Assembly (NCBI GenBank): GCA_949287685.1 | Contig: CASEHF010000001.1 | Location: 880-64,879, forward strand | Direction of reading: 5' to 3' | Length of the DNA: 64,000 nucleotides | DNA from: an uncultured Christensenella sp. | Lineage (GTDB): Bacteria > Bacillota > Clostridia > Christensenellales > UBA1242 | Shown here: piece after piece, positions 8,798 through 18,935 of the stretch | Position numbering within the stretch: the first letter of the stretch is position 1 | How the letters are laid out: each line of letters begins with the position of its first letter | Notes under the pieces: generated by a model | What the model saw: only the letters and a program-made list of their open reading frames with translations | Told to the model about the DNA's origin: nothing | Databases searched by the model: none | Program-made: the position numbers and the translations under genes

Positions 8798-10243
8798 GTG
8801 ATGGATAACGAATTGTTAAATAAACTGTTACAAATTGATAATGAAATTAAACGGCGGCAGCGGAATAATAAGTTAGCCGAGTATAACAAAACCAAGGTTC
8901 ATAAAAAGCAAATGGCATTTCATAAATGTGACAAACGGAATCGTTGGGTGTTTGGTGGCAATAGAAGTGGGAAATCGCAATGCGGAGCGGTGGAGGCGGT
9001 GTGGTTGGCTCGAGGGATTCATCCCTTTCGCCCGAATAAAACTTGCGATGGGTGGGTGGTGAGTTTAAGTCAGCAGGTACAGCGTGATGTTGCTCAAAGC
9101 AAAATTTTATATTACCTTAATCCAGATTGGATAGTTGACATTATTATGCTGACAGGTCGCAAAGATTCCGCACAAAACGGGGTGATTGACTATATTTTGG
9201 TGAAAAATGTATTCGGTGAAGTGAGTAAAATCGGTTTTAAAACTTGTGATCAGGGCCGTGAAAAATTTCAAGGGACCAGTCTCGACTGGGTGTGGTTCGA
9301 TGAGGAGCCGCCGTTTGACATATATCTCGAGTGCCGTATGCGCGTGCTTGACCGCGAAGGTATTATTTTTGGCACGATGACTCCGTTAAAAGGGTTGACT
9401 TGGGTGTACGATAAAATTTATTTAAACGAGAGTGCCGACCCAGATGTATGGTATATCGAAATGGAGTGGGCGGACAATCCATATTTATCCAAGGCGGAGA
9501 TTGATGCGCTATCGCGGTCGCTTAGTAGCGATGAATTGAAAAGTCGCCGCTACGGGAAATTTATCACTAGAGGTGGGCTTGTTTATAGTGAATTTGATGC
9601 GAATGTGCATATAGTTGAGCCATTTTCGGTCCCGAAAGATTGGTATGATAACATTAGTATTGACCCGGGGCTGCACAATCCCCTAAGTGCGCATTGGTAC
9701 GCGGTCGATTATGATGGAAATATTTATGTCATCGCTGAGCACTATATGGCGGAGCAAACTATTGAGTTTCATGCGAATGCCATAATTGAAAAGTGTAAGA
9801 GCCTCGACTGGCCGACTGGCTTTGATATGAGATACTCAGCGCTAATAGATTCGGCGGCTAATCAAAAAACTTTGTCCTCGCCCAAAAGCGTGAGTGAAAT
9901 GTTTTACGACTATGGTGTAAATGTGAACACTAATGTAAATAAAGACCTCTTTTCGGGCATTTCCCGCGTAAAAAGTTACTTAAAAAACGCAAAAGGTGAG
10001 GCAAAATTGTTTATTTTCTCGACTTGTGTCAATATGATTCGCGAAATCAAAGGGTATTGGTGGGGGGAGGCTGATGTCCCGATTAAAAAAGATGACCACG
10101 CAATGGATGAACTGAGGTACTACATTATGTCGAGGCCCGAGCCGCACGAACCCGAAAAACCCGCTTTAAATGAAATTCAACTTCACAAAGAAAAATTGAT
10201 TTCGCAAAATAAACGCAGGCGACTGTTGTCAAGGAGATGGTAG
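8798..10243 (+). CDS. terL: phage terminase large subunit
   Basis: Walker A FGGNRSGKS, Walker B LDWVWFDEE, and C-terminal nuclease-type motifs (SIDPGLHNP, KKDDHAMDELRYY). The ATG at 8801 is the likely true start, because 8798 is GTG. Confidence 0.9.
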   Translation: MMDNELLNKLLQIDNEIKRRQRNNKLAEYNKTKVHKKQMAFHKCDKRNRWVFGGNRSGKSQCGAVEAVWLARGIHPFRPNKTCDGWVVSLSQQVQRDVAQSKILYYLNPDWIVDIIMLTGRKDSAQNGVIDYILVKNVFGEVSKIGFKTCDQGREKFQGTSLDWVWFDEEPPFDIYLECRMRVLDREGIIFGTMTPLKGLTWVYDKIYLNESADPDVWYIEMEWADNPYLSKAEIDALSRSLSSDELKSRRYGKFITRGGLVYSEFDANVHIVEPFSVPKDWYDNISIDPGLHNPLSAHWYAVDYDGNIYVIAEHYMAEQTIEFHANAIIEKCKSLDWPTGFDMRYSALIDSAANQKTLSSPKSVSEMFYDYGVNVNTNVNKDLFSGISRVKSYLKNAKGEAKLFIFSTCVNMIREIKGYWWGEADVPIKKDDHAMDELRYYIMSRPEPHEPEKPALNEIQLHKEKLISQNKRRRLLSRRW

Positions 10244-10244
10244 A

Positions 10245-10565
10245 TTGGATGCAGAAAAAGAAAGTGAAAAATTAACAAAATCGTTATTAAAAAAGGCTAT
10301 GGGTTACACGGTTGATGAAGTTGTTGAGGAGTATGTGAGTGAGGAGGATGAATTAAAACTTGTGAAAAAGAAAGTTACTAAAAAACACATTCCTCCTGAT
10401 ATAAACGCAGCGCGGGCTTTGCTGGAAAAGTGTTTTGATAATCAATTTAACAACTTGGCAGAACTATCAGATGCGGAGTTATCTAGCCTCCGCGAGCAGG
10501 TTCTAAACGAAATAAAAGAGCAGGAGCAGCAAAATGGAAATACAAAAAGCAAACCGAAAGTATAA
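10245..10565 (+). CDS. small acidic phage protein, possibly related to the C-terminal part of a terminase small subunit
   Basis: Starts 1 nt after the terL stop. The segment KKAMGYTVDEVVEEY..LKLVKKKVTKKHIPPDINAARALLE resembles a motif I recall from Firmicute phage TerS proteins (GYEYEE...K.V.K..PPD..A...L). That assignment is weak. Confidence 0.45.
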   Translation: MDAEKESEKLTKSLLKKAMGYTVDEVVEEYVSEEDELKLVKKKVTKKHIPPDINAARALLEKCFDNQFNNLAELSDAELSSLREQVLNEIKEQEQQNGNTKSKPKV

Positions 10566-10728
10566 ATGTGCGGGTGAGGTACTATGCAATGAAAAAGTCG
10601 AATTTTGCATTAAATTTAGTAAAAAAACCGTAAATTTATGCGAAAAATGCGCGCGAAATCTATTTCAACAACTTGGTACACATTTAGTCCCAAAGTCGAT
10701 TAAAAACAAATTTAATTACAAGGAGTAA
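10534..10728 (+). CDS. small Cys-rich (zinc-ribbon-like) phage protein
   Basis: An AGGAGC RBS precedes the ATG. Cys pairs occur at CAGEVLC and CEKC. The gene overlaps the upstream ORF and ends 3 nt before the portal gene. Confidence 0.45.
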   Translation: MEIQKANRKYKCAGEVLCNEKVEFCIKFSKKTVNLCEKCARNLFQQLGTHLVPKSIKNKFNYKE

Positions 10729-10731
10729 AAA

Positions 10732-12675
10732 ATGCAAAATAAAACAAAGAACACAACGAAGTCAAAAGACACTCGAGAGCGCGAATTAGTAAGCGAGATT
10801 CGCGAGGATTTTGAGCGTAGGCGCGAGGAGCGGAGACCCTTTGATGCGCAGTGGCAACTCAATATGAATTTCGTAATGGGTAACCAGTATTGCGGAATCA
10901 ATGCAAACGATACGCTTGATGATTTTGATAAGCAGTATTTTTGGCAAGAGCGCGAAGTGTATAATCACATCGCACCGATTGTCGAGATACGACTATCCAA
11001 ACTCGCTAAAGTTCGCCCCACTATGACAGTGTTGCCTGCTAGTGGCGATGAGGATGATATCAGCAATGCTCATGTTTGCAAAAACATTCTTCAATCGGTC
11101 ACCAGCAAACTCGAATTAAGTGAAAAAATAGCACAAGCCACTTATTGGAGCGAAATCTGTGGCACAGCGTTCTATAAAATTGTTTGGAATGACAGCGCGG
11201 GTGCTTTGCTCGGAATGACAACGGTTGGTGAGCGTATATATGAGGGCGATGTGGATATTGTCGTATGTTCGCCTTTCGAAATTTACCCCGACAGCAATTC
11301 GTGCGAGGATTTGGAAAGTTGCCGTAGCCTCATTCACGCCCGCGCCTATAATGTCGATGCCATTAAAAAGCATTGGGGAGTTGAGGTGAAAGGTGAGGAT
11401 ATCGATACCTATAATCTCGCCAATTCGCAAGTGGCAGGCGGGCTTGGGTATGTGACCCGCTCCGCAAAAATTGCGAAAACGACCAAGCACAATCAGGCTA
11501 TGGTCATAGAGCGCTATGAAATGCCAAATGATGAGTACCCCGATGGTAGGCTGGTGATAATTGCTGGCGACAAACTGCTTTACGATGGCATTTTGCCTTA
11601 TCAAAATTTGCACAACGGTGCTCGCGGTTTTCCCTTTATTCGACAAATTAGTATTACACAGCCCTCACTTTTTTGGGGTACGACAGTAGTAGAGCGCACG
11701 ATTCCTGTCCAACGCGCGTACAACGCTGTAAAAAATCGCAAGCACGAGTTTATAAATCGCCTCAGTATGGGGATTATGAGCGTAGAGGATGGTTCAGTCG
11801 ATGTCGAAAATCTCGAGGAGGAGGGGTTAAGTCCAGGCAAGATTTTAATTTATCGCCAGGGTGCGCGCGCTCCTCAAATTTTGCAAACACAAAGTTTGCC
11901 AGTTGATTTTCGCGATGAGGAGGAGAGGTTGCTAAACGAATTCTATACCGTGAGTGGCACTAGCGACTTGTTTAGTTCTAATACCTCGGCACTCGCGAGT
12001 CTCAGTGGGGTTGCGCTTCAGTTAATACTTGAGCAAGAGGATATGCGAATTTCGACAAGCGGCGAGTTCATAAAAAATGCAATAAAGGAAATCGGTCGCC
12101 ATATTTTGCGTATGTACAAGCAGTTTGCTACCTCTCAGCGTATGAATAAAATCGTGGGCGAAAATGGCAATAGTCGTCTGTTCTATTGGGACAATAGCGC
12201 GATTACTTCGGATGATATCGTTTTTGAGACCGAAACTGAACTCGGAGAAACGGTCGCCCAAAAACGCAGTATGGTATTTGATTTATTACAGGCAGGGTTA
12301 TTGCACGATGAAAATGGCAAATTGTCAAACGCTATGCGACTAAAAATTCTCGAATTACTCGGTTTCGGTATTTGGGAGGAGGCACTCGATAATAACAATT
12401 TGCAAGTCGAAAAAGCAAAACGCGAAAACATTGAGTTTATCGAGGGTAAAAATCCAGAAGTATCCGAGATACACGACCACGATTTGCATATATCGAGCCA
12501 CATAGCCTTTATGTTGAGTGGTGAATTTGACAATTATGCAAAAAATCGCAAAGATTTGCGCGAAAAAATGTTAGCACACATCCGCACACACAAGAAATTT
12601 AAAAAACTTTCGCAAATGGCGGAGTCCGTTTCATTAAGTGCGACACAAAATCAAGACACAGCACAGGAGGCATAG
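10732..12675 (+). CDS. phage portal protein
   Basis: A 647-aa protein encoded between the terminase and the scaffold/capsid genes. The N-terminal RRPFDAQWQLNMNFVMGNQY motif is portal-like. The call rests on size, position and this motif. Confidence 0.8.
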   Translation: MQNKTKNTTKSKDTRERELVSEIREDFERRREERRPFDAQWQLNMNFVMGNQYCGINANDTLDDFDKQYFWQEREVYNHIAPIVEIRLSKLAKVRPTMTVLPASGDEDDISNAHVCKNILQSVTSKLELSEKIAQATYWSEICGTAFYKIVWNDSAGALLGMTTVGERIYEGDVDIVVCSPFEIYPDSNSCEDLESCRSLIHARAYNVDAIKKHWGVEVKGEDIDTYNLANSQVAGGLGYVTRSAKIAKTTKHNQAMVIERYEMPNDEYPDGRLVIIAGDKLLYDGILPYQNLHNGARGFPFIRQISITQPSLFWGTTVVERTIPVQRAYNAVKNRKHEFINRLSMGIMSVEDGSVDVENLEEEGLSPGKILIYRQGARAPQILQTQSLPVDFRDEEERLLNEFYTVSGTSDLFSSNTSALASLSGVALQLILEQEDMRISTSGEFIKNAIKEIGRHILRMYKQFATSQRMNKIVGENGNSRLFYWDNSAITSDDIVFETETELGETVAQKRSMVFDLLQAGLLHDENGKLSNAMRLKILELLGFGIWEEALDNNNLQVEKAKRENIEFIEGKNPEVSEIHDHDLHISSHIAFMLSGEFDNYAKNRKDLREKMLAHIRTHKKFKKLSQMAESVSLSATQNQDTAQEA

Positions 12676-12676
12676 A

Positions 12677-13486
12677 ATGATAGAAAATCTACCATTTAGT
12701 TTACCTGAGTTTAACCTCGAGGAAATAAAAGATGATGGCTCGACTGATTTGGGGACTTTCAAGTCGGTAAAGACTTTAAAGGAGGCATATGACAGCTTGC
12801 GTAGTTGTTTTACAAAAAACGCGATGGAATTGGCAGAAATTAAGAAAAATATGTCTCAAAATGCGGATAATACACAAAATACCGAAAATAACGCCGAACT
12901 ATTCGCAAAACAAGACCAAAACGCCACAAAAGCGCCTCAAAATAACGAAAATTTGAGCAAACAGGCTGATTTAAATGAGATGAGAGCCGAGATTAATGAA
13001 AGCGATGATATTAGCCCCGTACAGTCAGACAAGGCACAGACCCCTGACACTACGATTACTTCGGACAAGGCAACAGCCCCCGAAAAACCGAACTTTTTGG
13101 ATAATGCAGATTGGTCCAAAAAGGCGGAAAAATTTTTTGAAACATACCCGATAGCGCGTGAGCATACAAAGGAACTTGCCGAAGCTTTGGCGAAAGACAA
13201 GAATTTTGTAAATAACGAAAATTCCCTTTTGGCTGCTTGGGTAAAAGTGCTAGAGCAAAATCGGTACAATGTCGAACTAACTGATGATTTTATCGAAAAA
13301 AACATTGTAAATAATCAAAAAATTAAAGATTTGATTATCAAAAACTATTTAAACGATATCAAAACTTTACGGTCTGCACCGCCAGTTATCGCTTCTAGTC
13401 AGGGAGTTTCCGCACAAGGAACGACTCATATTCGCGCAAACGATATGCAAGAAGCGAAAGAATTGGCAAAAAAACTATTTGAATAG
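12677..13486 (+). CDS. putative capsid scaffolding protein
   Basis: The preferred start is the ATG at 12677 (RBS AGGAGGCA), not the track start at 12638, which lies inside the portal gene. The protein is acidic, low-complexity and helical, and is encoded directly before the capsid genes. Confidence 0.55.
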   Translation: MIENLPFSLPEFNLEEIKDDGSTDLGTFKSVKTLKEAYDSLRSCFTKNAMELAEIKKNMSQNADNTQNTENNAELFAKQDQNATKAPQNNENLSKQADLNEMRAEINESDDISPVQSDKAQTPDTTITSDKATAPEKPNFLDNADWSKKAEKFFETYPIAREHTKELAEALAKDKNFVNNENSLLAAWVKVLEQNRYNVELTDDFIEKNIVNNQKIKDLIIKNYLNDIKTLRSAPPVIASSQGVSAQGTTHIRANDMQEAKELAKKLFE

Positions 13487-13496
13487 GAGATGAAGT

Positions 13497-14675
13497 ATGA
13501 TTACATTACAGACTGCACAAAACGCCTTGAAAACTATTTATCTCGAGGCGATTAGCAATCAGTTAAATTCGTGCGTGGACCCTGTGTTTAATATGATTAA
13601 GCAGAGTACCGCCGATGTTTATGGTAGAAATATCGTAAAACTTGTCCCGTTCGGACTAAATGGCGGGATTGGCGCTGGTGATGAAACTGGTGCACTACCC
13701 GCAGGGGCTGACAGCCATTATGTGAATTTTACCACAACATTGAAAAATTTGTATGGAATGATTGAAATTTCGGATAAAGCAATTCGCTCCTCTGCGAACG
13801 ATGAGGGCGCTTTTGTAAATCTGCTGACTGCGGAAATGGATGGACTACTGCAGTCGAGCAAGTTCAACCTTAGTCGTATGTTTTACGGAGATGGAAGTGG
13901 AAATTTAATTAAATCTATCAGCGCTATCGACACAACGAACAAAGCAATGACAGTCGACAACTCGTATGCATTTGCGGAAGGTATGCTGCTTGACTTTTAT
14001 ATGTCCAATGTTCTTGATGCGAATATGAAAGGGGTCGAGGTGCTGAAAGTTGATCACGCTAACAAAAAAGTTTACTTAAGCACTGTGTCCTCGAACTTTA
14101 CCGACACGAATAAGACCAAATACACCGTTTGTGTTCAGGGTAGCAAGGACAAGGAACTCACAGGACTTGGTGCGTTGTTTGATTCTGATGCTACTACACT
14201 CTATGGTATTACTAGGGCAAACTATGCGTACTTGATGCCGTTGACATATACAAAACAAAGTACTGACACTTTTAATGAAAAGTTTATCCAAAAATATATA
14301 GATTTGCTCGAGGTTAGGTCTGGTTATCAGCCTGACATTATCGTTTGTGGTGGTGACACGCTTTACGACATTATGGATATGTTGGCAGGTTATGCGACTA
14401 ATATCGATGCGGCAAACCTGACAGGCGGATACACCAGCGTATCATTCTGTGGGGTGCCTTTGATTAGAAATCGCTTTGACTCTGCTGACAACTTAATGAT
14501 GCTAAATACGACACAGTTTACCTTGCATCAACTTTGCGATTGGGAGTGGCTCACTCACAACGATGGCTCAATTTTAAAACAAAAAGAAGGTTATGCGACA
14601 TATTCCGCAACTCTAGTAAAATACGCGGATTTAATATGTGACAGACCAAATGCGCAAGCATTAATTACATTATAG
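13497..14675 (+). CDS. phage major capsid protein, paralog 1
   Basis: A 392-aa protein with a GGAG RBS, encoded right after the scaffold gene. It is alignable end to end with the next gene. An HK97-type fold is inferred from size and position only. Confidence 0.75.
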   Translation: MITLQTAQNALKTIYLEAISNQLNSCVDPVFNMIKQSTADVYGRNIVKLVPFGLNGGIGAGDETGALPAGADSHYVNFTTTLKNLYGMIEISDKAIRSSANDEGAFVNLLTAEMDGLLQSSKFNLSRMFYGDGSGNLIKSISAIDTTNKAMTVDNSYAFAEGMLLDFYMSNVLDANMKGVEVLKVDHANKKVYLSTVSSNFTDTNKTKYTVCVQGSKDKELTGLGALFDSDATTLYGITRANYAYLMPLTYTKQSTDTFNEKFIQKYIDLLEVRSGYQPDIIVCGGDTLYDIMDMLAGYATNIDAANLTGGYTSVSFCGVPLIRNRFDSADNLMMLNTTQFTLHQLCDWEWLTHNDGSILKQKEGYATYSATLVKYADLICDRPNAQALITL

Positions 14676-14687
14676 GGAGGTTAGAAA

Positions 14688-15854
14688 ATGATATCTTTAA
14701 CTACAGCGGATAGCGCTTTGAAAAATGTTTATCTTGATGTGATTACAAACCAGTTAAACAACAAACTCGACCCTTTTTATGCAAAAATCGATAAAACTAC
14801 TCAAGATGTAGCGGGAAATGAGGTCAAAAAATTGGTAGCTCTAGGCATCAATGGTGGTATCGGGGCAGGTTCTGAAATCGGTTCGCTGCCAACATCGCAT
14901 GAGAATAACTACCTAGCCCTTACCTCCAAACTAAAAAACCTTTATGGCACAATCGAAATCTCGGACAAGGCTTTGCGCGCGAGTCGCAGTGAGGCTGGTG
15001 CGTTTTTGAATTTGCTCAATGCGGAAATGGAGAATTTGATTGAGTCAAGCCGATTTAATTTTAGGCGTATGCTGTATGGTGATGGCTCGGGGTATTTGGG
15101 TAGTGTAAATGATGATGTTGCTGGTAGCAATGTGTACGAGGTGACAGACCCATACCGTTTTGTGGTTGGGATGCGACTTGATGGATATACCGAGGAGGGA
15201 ACTCCACTGGAAACATACCAAAATCAAACCGTACTCGATGTAAACTACGAGGAGTCCACCATAACTCTACCAATAGCGGTCACCGAGGAACTTGAACTTG
15301 AGCCGATTCGCCTTTATTTTGCAGGGTCAAGGGACAAGGAATTTATAGGTTTAGAGGGAGTATGCAATGCCAATATTAAAGAAATTTATGGTATTGACCG
15401 TACAAATATCTCAGCTCTAAATGCTCTAAATGAAAGTTATGGAACATTGACTATAACTGCGCTAATGAAAACATTGGATAATTTAAAACTAAACTCAAAC
15501 TCTACTAGCGACTTTATTATCAGTAGTTATCACTTTAGGCAGAAATTGCAAGAGGTTTTAAAACAAAAAAGTATGAATACAGACATCACAATGCTGGAGG
15601 GGGGATTTAGGTCGATTACTTTCAATGGTATGCCTGTTTATACTGTACAATTTGTAGAAGATGGATGTGCTTACATACTTGATTCCTCTGTTTGGCATAT
15701 GCACCAGCTCTGTGACTGGACTTGGTTAACCAACAACAAGGGCGAAGTGCTACACCAGCGTGAGGGATATCCTACACATGTTGCGACTTTGGTTAAATAC
15801 TGTGATTTAATTTGCAATCGCCCAAACACAATTGCTAAGGTAAAATCAATTTAA
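14688..15854 (+). CDS. phage major capsid protein, paralog 2 (possible vertex/penton specialist)
   Basis: A 388-aa protein with a GGGAGG RBS. It shares blocks with paralog 1: L/INGGIGAG, LKNLYG.IEISDKA.R.S, M.YGDGSG, HQLCDW.WLT.N.G and ATLVKY.DLIC.RPN. Confidence 0.75.
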   Translation: MISLTTADSALKNVYLDVITNQLNNKLDPFYAKIDKTTQDVAGNEVKKLVALGINGGIGAGSEIGSLPTSHENNYLALTSKLKNLYGTIEISDKALRASRSEAGAFLNLLNAEMENLIESSRFNFRRMLYGDGSGYLGSVNDDVAGSNVYEVTDPYRFVVGMRLDGYTEEGTPLETYQNQTVLDVNYEESTITLPIAVTEELELEPIRLYFAGSRDKEFIGLEGVCNANIKEIYGIDRTNISALNALNESYGTLTITALMKTLDNLKLNSNSTSDFIISSYHFRQKLQEVLKQKSMNTDITMLEGGFRSITFNGMPVYTVQFVEDGCAYILDSSVWHMHQLCDWTWLTNNKGEVLHQREGYPTHVATLVKYCDLICNRPNTIAKVKSI

Positions 15855-15855
15855 A

Positions 15856-16236
15856 ATGGCTTTAATTAGCATAAAAAATGATGTTTTTAACATTTGCGAG
15901 CGTATAAAGCGCATAAATCCGCATTATTTTGTAGTGTACAATACAGACAGACATCAATACGAAGTGCATAATTCTAAACAATTTGCTAATACATTCTGCA
16001 TTTCTTGCGAAAATGGGTTAAATTATAGTGTTATTTCAAAATTAAGAAAGACAAAAATCGAAAATATAGACAAAATTGTGAAAGAAATAGATGAAATTAA
16101 CGAAAAAATTGAAAAAAACACAAAAAAAGAGATAATGGATGTCGCAAGTGTAAAAGCACAAGAAATGTTTAATTACGCCAAAACTAAAATTGATGATTGC
16201 AATTTTGATGATAGTTATATAACTAAATGGGTTTAA
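15856..16236 (+). CDS. phage hypothetical protein (Lys/Glu-rich C-terminal half)
   Basis: Starts 1 nt after the capsid gene stop and fits the operon packing. No family recognised. Confidence 0.55.
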   Translation: MALISIKNDVFNICERIKRINPHYFVVYNTDRHQYEVHNSKQFANTFCISCENGLNYSVISKLRKTKIENIDKIVKEIDEINEKIEKNTKKEIMDVASVKAQEMFNYAKTKIDDCNFDDSYITKWV

Positions 16237-16247
16237 AAGGAGGAAAT

Positions 16248-16817
16248 ATGACAGCAAAAGATGTTATAAAGCATTCGGTAATGTACTTAGGCGAGGGAAA
16301 TCTTGCTTCGACTACCTCGTTAGGTGGCACGGAAGTGCCCGATGACCAGCAAACCGAAAAACTAAATATTTTGCTAACTTGCGTAAATGATGTTGTAGAA
16401 ACACTTGCTTTAATGTATTTTCCCTTAAAATATGAGGAAAAAGTGCAAAATGATACTGGTTTTGTTAGTTTTTCCGAATTAAGCAAAGATTTAGTGGATT
16501 TATTAAAAGTCGTTGATAAATACGGCTATGAATTAGGTTTTAATGCATTTCCTACATATTTCGAGGCGCCAAAAGGCGAGATTACCGTTGTTTATAACTA
16601 TGCGCCGACTGAAGTCGATGATTTTACGGATACTTTGGAGATTGCCGAGGGAAATGTTACCTTGAGGATGCTGAGCATTGGCGTTGTGAGCAGGTACTAC
16701 TTGATTACAGGTATGTACAACGATGCTGAAGCGTGGCAAAATATGTTTGAACGCGCAGTTTTAGTAGCAAAACGCCCAAAAACTGCTAAATTTATTAAAA
16801 AAAGAAGGTGGTTTTAG
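16248..16817 (+). CDS. phage hypothetical protein, possible head-tail adaptor
   Basis: The preferred start is 16248 (RBS AAGGAGGAAATATG), whereas the track start is 16227. The adaptor role is suggested only by position after the capsid genes. Confidence 0.5.
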   Translation: MTAKDVIKHSVMYLGEGNLASTTSLGGTEVPDDQQTEKLNILLTCVNDVVETLALMYFPLKYEEKVQNDTGFVSFSELSKDLVDLLKVVDKYGYELGFNAFPTYFEAPKGEITVVYNYAPTEVDDFTDTLEIAEGNVTLRMLSIGVVSRYYLITGMYNDAEAWQNMFERAVLVAKRPKTAKFIKKRRWF

Positions 16818-18298
16818 TGTTTTATACTGAAAATGTACCCAATATTAGCAAAAATAACTTGCGCGTAAAGTTTAGCGACTTCTCAAAAGGAATCAACACA
16901 AATATTGCCGAAAACATTTTACCTCTAAATTACGCAGTTAATGCGTTTAATTACGATTTTAATTCTGGCGCACTGACTCCGGGGCTTGGATTAAAAGAGT
17001 TGGAGATTTATAACGGTAGTACTACTAAAAATATGTTTATGCCAGAAGTCGGTGTTAGCATTAAAAAATTTTGGCATTTTAGGCGCTACGACCACAGTTT
17101 AAATCAATTTTCACCGCTTTTAATGGTGTATACTGATAATGAAAAAATATTTATGGGCAGATTAATGACTCAAGACTATTTTTTCTACGACACAGGTAAG
17201 ACCTTTGATACCGAGCCTACAGGCATAAATTATAGAATCGATGACACTGATTGCTTTTTATGTTGTTCCCCTAATGAAATTACTGTATTTAACGGAACTA
17301 CTACTCCCACGACTTATTCAAATAATGTCCCTGATATAACTTCGGTTGCGCTGCACGCAGGTAGATTGTTTGCGACTACAGGCGGCGACCAGAGTCAACT
17401 TTGGTTTAGTGATGACTTAAATCCGACCAACTGGAATGTTAGCGCTTTCGAGGGTGGTTACATCGAACTCACTGATGAGCGCGGTACGCTAAAAAAGGTC
17501 ATTGAGTCAAATAATTATCTCTATGTGATTAGAGAGTATGGCATCACGCGTGTATCGGGTTGGGGGCTACAGGATGAGTTCACCGTGACCAACTTGTATC
17601 TTACGACTGGCAAACTTTATCACAATAGTGCCGTGTTGTGTGGTGGTGTAATTATGATGCTTTGTCGTGATGGAATTTATTATTTTACTGGCTCCACTAT
17701 GCAAAAACTTGAGTTAGGACTAGATAAATACTTCAAAAATGTCGACAATAGCAACGCAATTGGTGCTTTTTTAGATGGAAAGTACTATTTGGCGTGTCGA
17801 CTGAATTTTGATGATGCTACAATCGGCTGCGAAAGTGCGACTTATGTAAATAATGCCTTAATAGAGTATGATTTGGAAAACGGTAACATAAACATTTTGA
17901 GAGGCGTTGATATTTGTAGTTTGACACCTTTCCAAACTGAATGGTTTAGTAAATTGGTGGTTTGCCGCCGCGATGCTGAGACCAATAAATTGAGTGAGGT
18001 AACGCATGATGGCTTGATTTATAACACGCCAACGAAAAAAGTCTGGACCAGCGCAATGACTGATATCGGTTACCCTGCATATAAAAAAGCTATTCGCTCG
18101 TTATGTTTAAATACTACAAAAGATGTGGAAATAACTATCAAAACGGATGAAAAAGCGTATAATTTTAATGTAAAAGGCTCAAATTCTCCCGTAAAAGTAC
18201 CAATAAATCTAATCACTAAAAAATTTAGTGTTACTTTTTCGAGTAATACTGCTGATTGCGAAATATCAAATCCCGAACTTGAGGTGTCGCTATGTTAA
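16808..18298 (+). CDS. phage structural protein of unknown role (496 aa, beta-rich)
   Basis: GTG start overlapping the previous gene. This is the largest ORF of the distal part and a candidate tail/nozzle or receptor-binding component. No family recognised. Confidence 0.6.
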   Translation: MVLVFYTENVPNISKNNLRVKFSDFSKGINTNIAENILPLNYAVNAFNYDFNSGALTPGLGLKELEIYNGSTTKNMFMPEVGVSIKKFWHFRRYDHSLNQFSPLLMVYTDNEKIFMGRLMTQDYFFYDTGKTFDTEPTGINYRIDDTDCFLCCSPNEITVFNGTTTPTTYSNNVPDITSVALHAGRLFATTGGDQSQLWFSDDLNPTNWNVSAFEGGYIELTDERGTLKKVIESNNYLYVIREYGITRVSGWGLQDEFTVTNLYLTTGKLYHNSAVLCGGVIMMLCRDGIYYFTGSTMQKLELGLDKYFKNVDNSNAIGAFLDGKYYLACRLNFDDATIGCESATYVNNALIEYDLENGNINILRGVDICSLTPFQTEWFSKLVVCRRDAETNKLSEVTHDGLIYNTPTKKVWTSAMTDIGYPAYKKAIRSLCLNTTKDVEITIKTDEKAYNFNVKGSNSPVKVPINLITKKFSVTFSSNTADCEISNPELEVSLC

Positions 18299-18771
18299 GT
18301 AAATTCGTAACACCACAAGACAATTTGGCAAAAATCGAGGATTTGGAGCAGAAAGTAGATTATTTGCTTGAGCAATTAAAAATTCTCAAAAATACCGATA
18401 TAAAGCCTAATTTCATCACTTCATATTCGGCGACAACTCATACAATAAGCGCCGAAGGAATTGGTACAGGCTCGATACCTTTGTTGAATTTTAGTGGTCA
18501 GGCTAATAAAAAAGGCTTTGGGATAGTGAATGCAATCTTTAATACGGACACGGCGCATAATATAATGGCATCATTGAGTTTTTCAAGTAATTTACAACTG
18601 AATACTTTTAATTTACCCGCCGGCAATACTCCTATAACACTCTGTATTGAAATTAATTTAGGGGAAAACTTGATTGGAAATTTAAACATACTAGCAGGTG
18701 AGGCGGATGTAAAGGTATCAAACATCAGCGTTTTAGTGATAGGGGAAAATGTCATAGAAACATCTACATAA
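18292..18771 (+). CDS. phage hypothetical protein (N-terminal coiled-coil, beta-rich C-terminus)
   Basis: Overlaps the upstream stop by 7 nt. The IEDLEQKVDYLLEQLKILK helix is followed by a beta-rich region, which is fiber/spike-like in style only. Confidence 0.5.
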   Translation: MLSKFVTPQDNLAKIEDLEQKVDYLLEQLKILKNTDIKPNFITSYSATTHTISAEGIGTGSIPLLNFSGQANKKGFGIVNAIFNTDTAHNIMASLSFSSNLQLNTFNLPAGNTPITLCIEINLGENLIGNLNILAGEADVKVSNISVLVIGENVIETST

Positions 18772-18935
18772 AAGTTGCAGCAATGTTTATTGTTATTAAA
18801 CTAATGCATAGTACTATAAAAATTGTGTAAAAAAGGTGATAAAAATGCAAAAAATAAATTATACAAGCAAAATTAAAGTAATAAAATTAATTAAAAAGAT
18901 AAAAAAAGAAAAATATTTAAGAAACGGAGGTTTTT

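Noticed and set aside
8653-8895. An 80-aa minus-strand ORF spanning the divergent promoter region between the SH3b gene and terL.
   Set aside because: It overlaps the starts of both well-supported genes and has no RBS, so it is most likely non-coding promoter DNA.
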